DNA of 41,040 nt from Moorena sp. SIO3H5 (GTDB lineage Bacteria > Cyanobacteriota > Cyanobacteriia > Cyanobacteriales > Coleofasciculaceae), in assembly GCF_010692395.1 (NCBI RefSeq), contig NZ_JAAHHS010000023.1:721-41760 (forward strand), given 5' to 3'. The notes under the pieces are model-generated. The model had not been told where the DNA came from. It saw only the letters and a program-made list of their open reading frames with translations, and made no database searches. A program made the position numbers and the translations under genes. This document shows positions 38,901 to 41,040 of this stretch, piece after piece. Each line of letters starts with the position of its first letter. Positions within the stretch are counted from its first letter, which is position 1.

Positions 38901-39021
38901 CCATTTCTCCATTAAGAGCGATTTGACGATTAGATGGTAAAGGACTACCAAACTTTTTATAGACAATTCCAACCTCATCTTGAGAGATTACATAAACGCC
39001 AGGTGCCCGATCAATTGCCAT
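35941..39021 (-). CDS. Large (1026 aa) membrane protein. It has an N-terminal SPFH-start-like module plus about 6 tandem ~73-aa repeats, then an SPFH/band-7 (flotillin-like) core, then 2-3 TM helices, a long K/E-rich coiled coil and a terminal hydrophobic helix. It is AT-rich relative to the genome.
   Basis: Repeat consensus E[IV]G[LI]V.A.DG.PLP.G..FGK.VEC..FQDA.AF[IV].NGG..G.QL.I[IL]..G.Y.INTELF.V occurs 6 times (residues ~72-520). Residues ~560-690 (..DGFILNLEVTQVINIAP..NRVLASMVGNYFRNSAQDYNALDFLQQREQIQERATEYIKSALNTYGVEGVGTFINEIGLPAELQ) resemble the C-terminal half of SPFH domains. TM segments YTAIGTTVLLTSTTAIFSGGYALFTVFGSVAASCLGGTFWSFIVF and LPFIAATSLRLLIALLLSFVVA. ATG 39021 with a GGAG SD 9 nt upstream. 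Confidence 0.6.
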   Translation of the reverse strand: MAIDRAPGVYVISQDEVGIVYKKFGSPLPSNRQIALNGEMGWQVDTLGPGRHFHSPLSYKVVKQMAIHIDKDEIGLVTANDGASLATGKIFGKVIEECDDFQDGRAFIKNGGQRGRQLGILRNGIYRINTQLFSVEIRKIIHINDYEIGLVEAKDGKPLPIGKTFGDAVECNNFEDAQAFIDNGGYRGQQLKIITTGKYAINTELFKIKRVELIKIGVNEVGLVEARDGQPLPLGQNFGKVVECDTFQDAEAFIKNGGQQGNQLGIIPPGTHYINTELFKVNNVPVINIRSGEIGLVIAQDGAELPPGQILGKAVDCDNFQNAEAFVNNGGQQGKQRTILTEGSYRINTEIFTVVTTDNAKQYGLKPEQLKVYRVESGKIGIVTTFDGKPLPRGEIAGPVIEGHNKFQEPQEFIDKSGYRGLQEEFIEEGFWSLNPWFVEVEQVPLTNIKTGTVGVLISNVGKNSHANQEQNTYGSQFNIVPIGYKGIQNIPIEAGTHPINTRVKNIVIVPAHEITLDWTNRDKPATNYDSNLNTLKLRSKDGFILNLEVTQVINIAPNNSPKMISRVGSPNAHSFQQVEEEGGVLSPLSKGAVKYSSIKNLVNRVLASMVGNYFRNSAQDYNALDFLQQREQIQERATEYIKSALNTYGVEGVGTFINEIGLPAELQHLIQTPTINDNLNSLEKFLLWCAGADHHILAQKECLTERYKYTAIGTTVLLTSTTAIFSGGYALFTVFGSVAASCLGGTFWSFIVFNLDRFLILSSKRKETDLNLNLPFIAATSLRLLIALLLSFVVAKPLELRLFEKEINQKIEQDKNELSKEELTEPIKDLEQEIQALNIEKNKYKNEWQNAEYAANAEAEGTQGTGQLGKGIVYQDKRNYADEIKQKFIELDNKVKEKEDKIDKLKERNLILQSPESNLEQLNQEKIDKKSYGFLARLVALEELSKDDPNIRNINWLITALFVTIEISPILVKLLSGKGPYDYLLEQKESQEVYNEYFRIKKEQRLQLSEGASKKYMKTIKEFEE

Positions 39022-39173
39022 AAGAAAAACTCCAATTAGATTAACTAGTTAATAATCAAAATCATACTATTTCGCTACCTTAATTCTTATTATTTTAACG
39101 TGAGTTTGACGAACTGGACAAAGGTGAAAGAGGGAGCATGTCACTTATGCAGCAACATTAGTACTAAATTTAG

Positions 39174-39262
39174 AGAATGGGGAATGGGGAATGGGGAATG
39201 GGGAATGGGGAATGGGGAATGGGGAATGGGGAATGGGGAATGGGGAATGGGTAATGGGTAAT
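39174..39262. repeat. STRR (GGGAATG)x11 with degenerate GGTAATG tail, in the giant-gene upstream region
   Basis: Read directly. Track ORF 39141-39389 is an artefact. Confidence 0.9.
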
Positions 39263-39330
39263 AGGTATAGCAGTCGCCAGGGCAGTTAGGACATGACAAA
39301 AGTCTCAAACCTAAGTAAGCGCAAGAGTTT

Positions 39331-39366
39331 GACTTCTGACTTCTGACTTCTGACTTCTGACTTCTG
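39331..39366. repeat. STRR (GACTTCT)x5
   Basis: Read directly. Confidence 0.9.
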
Positions 39367-39564
39367 CTGTAATAGGGGGAGCATCTCACAATAGCCGAGT
39401 ATTTTTACTTTTTCTATAGCCCTCTCATGGGTAATTGCTTGCTAATCATGGTAAATAGTTGATCTGTTTTGCAACTAATACTTGCTCATATCTCGCATTT
39501 TTGTTGTTTTGTCAAGTAGTTCATGTGTTCGCCAAATTTGACCTGCTCCCGATCCATCCGATGA

Positions 39565-39742
39565 CAATAGCGATGTTTCAATAAGTAGTATATAAGTTAC
39601 GGAATTCTGTTGGGACGCGATTGACCTGGGCCTTTAGGCCACGCTACGGGAATGGTCACGCTACGCTCCGGAAGCGATGCTCGGTACGAGCCGCTACGCG
39701 AACGCATTCTGGGGCACTTCCGGTACATGGAAAAACAGACTT
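39565..39742. repeat. Copy B of the ~150-bp direct repeat (see 35441-35587)
   Basis: CAATAGCGATGTTTCAATAAGTAGTATATAAGTTACGGAATTCTGTTGGGACGCGATTGACCTGGGCCTTTAGGCCACGCTACGGGAATGGTCACGCTACGCTCCGGAAGCGATGCTCGGTACGAGCCGCTACGCGAACGC....AGACTT. Track ORF 39621-39947 overlapping it is probably spurious. Confidence 0.75.
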
Positions 39743-40030
39743 GAGCAGTTACATCGAAGCGATCAGGCAAGCATACCCATTCTCAGCCAGGGTAAACCCC
39801 TCGAAATTTGTCTCAAAAGTTACAGCTAAAAGGGAAACCGCCGTAAAAAGATTTGGTCGATTTTTAGAAAGGGGTTTTGACAACCGGATTTGGGCTCATA
39901 TAGTAAATAGGTTAGTTTTCAGTATAAGTTATAACATACTTTTGTAACATTTACTGATATAGGGCTGTCATATCCTGCATGTTTGGCTCTACTACCTATA
40001 CGACATTGAGTTTGAACAAAAATCTAGGAA

Positions 40031-40254
40031 TTTTACATGAGGTTTTACATGAGGTTTTACATGAGGTTTATGAGGTTTTACATGAGTTTTATGAGGTTTT
40101 ACATGAGGTTTATGAGGTTTTACATGAGGTTTATGAGGTTTTAGATGAGGTTTTACATGAGGTTTGACATGAGTTTTATGAGGTTTTACATGAGTTTTAT
40201 GAGGTTTTAGATGAGGTTTGACATGAGGTTTTACATGAGGTTTTACATGAGGTT
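40031..40254. repeat. Minisatellite of alternating 12-nt (TACATGAGGTTT) and 9-nt (ATGAGGTTT) units, about 21 units, about 350 nt upstream of the GT2 start
   Basis: Read directly. All units are multiples of 3, so both strands give open frames (track ORFs 39979-40167 + and 39992-40357 - encoding (KPHV)n). These are judged non-coding. Confidence 0.85.
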
Positions 40255-40603
40255 TATAAGTTGACAAACACTTTGAATTAGATTTAATATATTGAAGCAA
40301 GTTAAATTTCCTTGGTTTAATACAATTAGGAGTTGTGAAACAGATAAAAAAAATCATGCCCTGGCATCTATAGTAAGTACTAAATAATCAGCTATCAGCT
40401 GTTACCTTGTTATCATTTTGCTCAAACCGGGGTGCCGATTAATGGCAAGCTCTATGAGCTATACCAAGAATCAGAAAAGGTGGAAGAATACCGCCAATCC
40501 CAAGGTAAGCTAGATGTATGTGAAGGTTGCACAGTTTGGTGTTATTTGATTCCCAGCTTCTTTATGGGTGTGGACAAATATTGGTGGTTGAATCAAGTTA
40601 CCT

Positions 40604-41040
40604 ATGCCAGCGAATTTCTGGCCCGAAAACGATTCTTACAACGAGCTTGACCCACTCAATTCTCTGTTGTCAGACGTTGATTTAACAGAGGATCTGGAGA
40701 CGGAGGTGGAGACAACTACTTTATCTCTACCATCCCGGTTTCAAGGTCGTAGACGCAAGGCCGCTCTAGTTCTCACAATGGTTTGGAGCGGTACTATTGC
40801 CTTGAATTTACTTTCTTGGGGCTCCTTGTTTGTATTGGGGCTGACTACAATTATGGGTATTCATGCCTTGGTGATAGTTTTTGCTAAACCCAGGGAAAAA
40901 ATTTCCCAGATCCAGGGTGATTATCCCTATGTATCCGTGTTGGTGGCGGCAAAAAATGAGGAAGCTGTCATCGGCAATTTGGTGGAAAATCTTTGTAATT
41001 TAAAATATCCAGATGGAAAATATGAAGTCTGGATTGTTGA
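40604..41040 (+). CDS. Family 2 glycosyltransferase (cellulose-synthase-like / GT-A), 5' part only; it runs off the right edge
   Basis: Manual translation from ATG 40604 gives MPANFWPENDSYNELDPL...RRRKAALVLTMVWSGTIALNLLSWGSLFVLGLTTIMGIHALVIVFAKPREKISQIQGDYPYVSVLVAAKNEEAVIGNLVENLCNLKYPDGKYEVWIVD. That is N-terminal TM helices followed by the start of the GT2 domain (PxVSVLV.A.NEE.VI......L.YP....EV.VVDD). It overlaps track ORF 40432-40650 in another frame, which is therefore probably spurious. Confidence 0.7.
   Translation, partial: MPANFWPENDSYNELDPLNSLLSDVDLTEDLETEVETTTLSLPSRFQGRRRKAALVLTMVWSGTIALNLLSWGSLFVLGLTTIMGIHALVIVFAKPREKISQIQGDYPYVSVLVAAKNEEAVIGNLVENLCNLKYPDGKYEVWIV

Noticed and set aside
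39141-39389. Track ORF encoding PIPHSPF repeats
   Set aside because: It lies entirely within the (GGGAATG)n and (GACTTCT)n STRR tracts, so it is a repeat artefact.
39979-40357. ORFs on both strands through the 12/9-nt minisatellite ((LHEVYEV)n and (KPHV)n)
   Set aside because: The frames are open only because all unit lengths are multiples of 3. There is no RBS or start context and no composition signal, so they are treated as non-coding, though flagged in the findings.
40432-40650. 72-aa track ORF
   Set aside because: It overlaps the 5' end of the GT2 gene (ATG 40604) in another frame and has no recognisable features.

Overview
This window reads as a chromosomal segment from a filamentous cyanobacterium. 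HIP1 octamers (GCGATCGC) are frequent, and short tandemly repeated heptamer tracts (STRR; CCCGATT, GGGAACA, CAGCTAT, GGGAATG, GGCAATA and others) fill nearly every intergenic spacer, which suggests a large Oscillatoriales-type genome; this lineage call is a guess. The left 7 kb carries the conserved photosystem II biogenesis and cytochrome b559 cluster: ndhC (divergent, truncated at the window edge), rubA, ycf48 and psbE, psbF, psbL, psbJ. Next come a CPBP intramembrane protease, a cyAbrB regulator, sdhB translationally coupled to a high-light-inducible protein gene, and an MscS-family channel. The middle holds housekeeping genes: a TerB-like gene, ligA, rpsU (59 aa and therefore absent from the ORF track), a dus gene, dnaK, a DUF815 AAA ATPase and a Deg/HtrA protease. 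The right half (21-41 kb) looks accessory. It has an NB-ARC/TPR STAND NTPase whose N-terminal helical domain is cut off by a single in-frame TAG. It has an AT-rich Avd-like four-helix-bundle gene bracketed by inverted heptamer tracts, and a GT39-type glycosyltransferase with a heptamer repeat tract inserted in-frame. A Hanks-type Ser/Thr kinase (after ilvE on the same strand) sits divergently from an FHA protein followed by an MscS channel fused to a C-terminal DEP domain. A secreted pentapeptide-repeat protein follows. The last large gene is a low-GC 1026-aa flotillin/SPFH-like membrane protein with six tandem ~73-aa N-terminal repeats, sitting in a ~4.1 kb segment flanked by ~150-bp direct repeats. 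The window ends with a 12/9-nt minisatellite and the 5' part of a GT2 glycosyltransferase. No tRNA, rRNA, CRISPR array, transposase or reverse transcriptase was recognised. All calls rest on manual reading of the ORF track and sequence, and coordinates of non-ORF features are approximate to a few nt.
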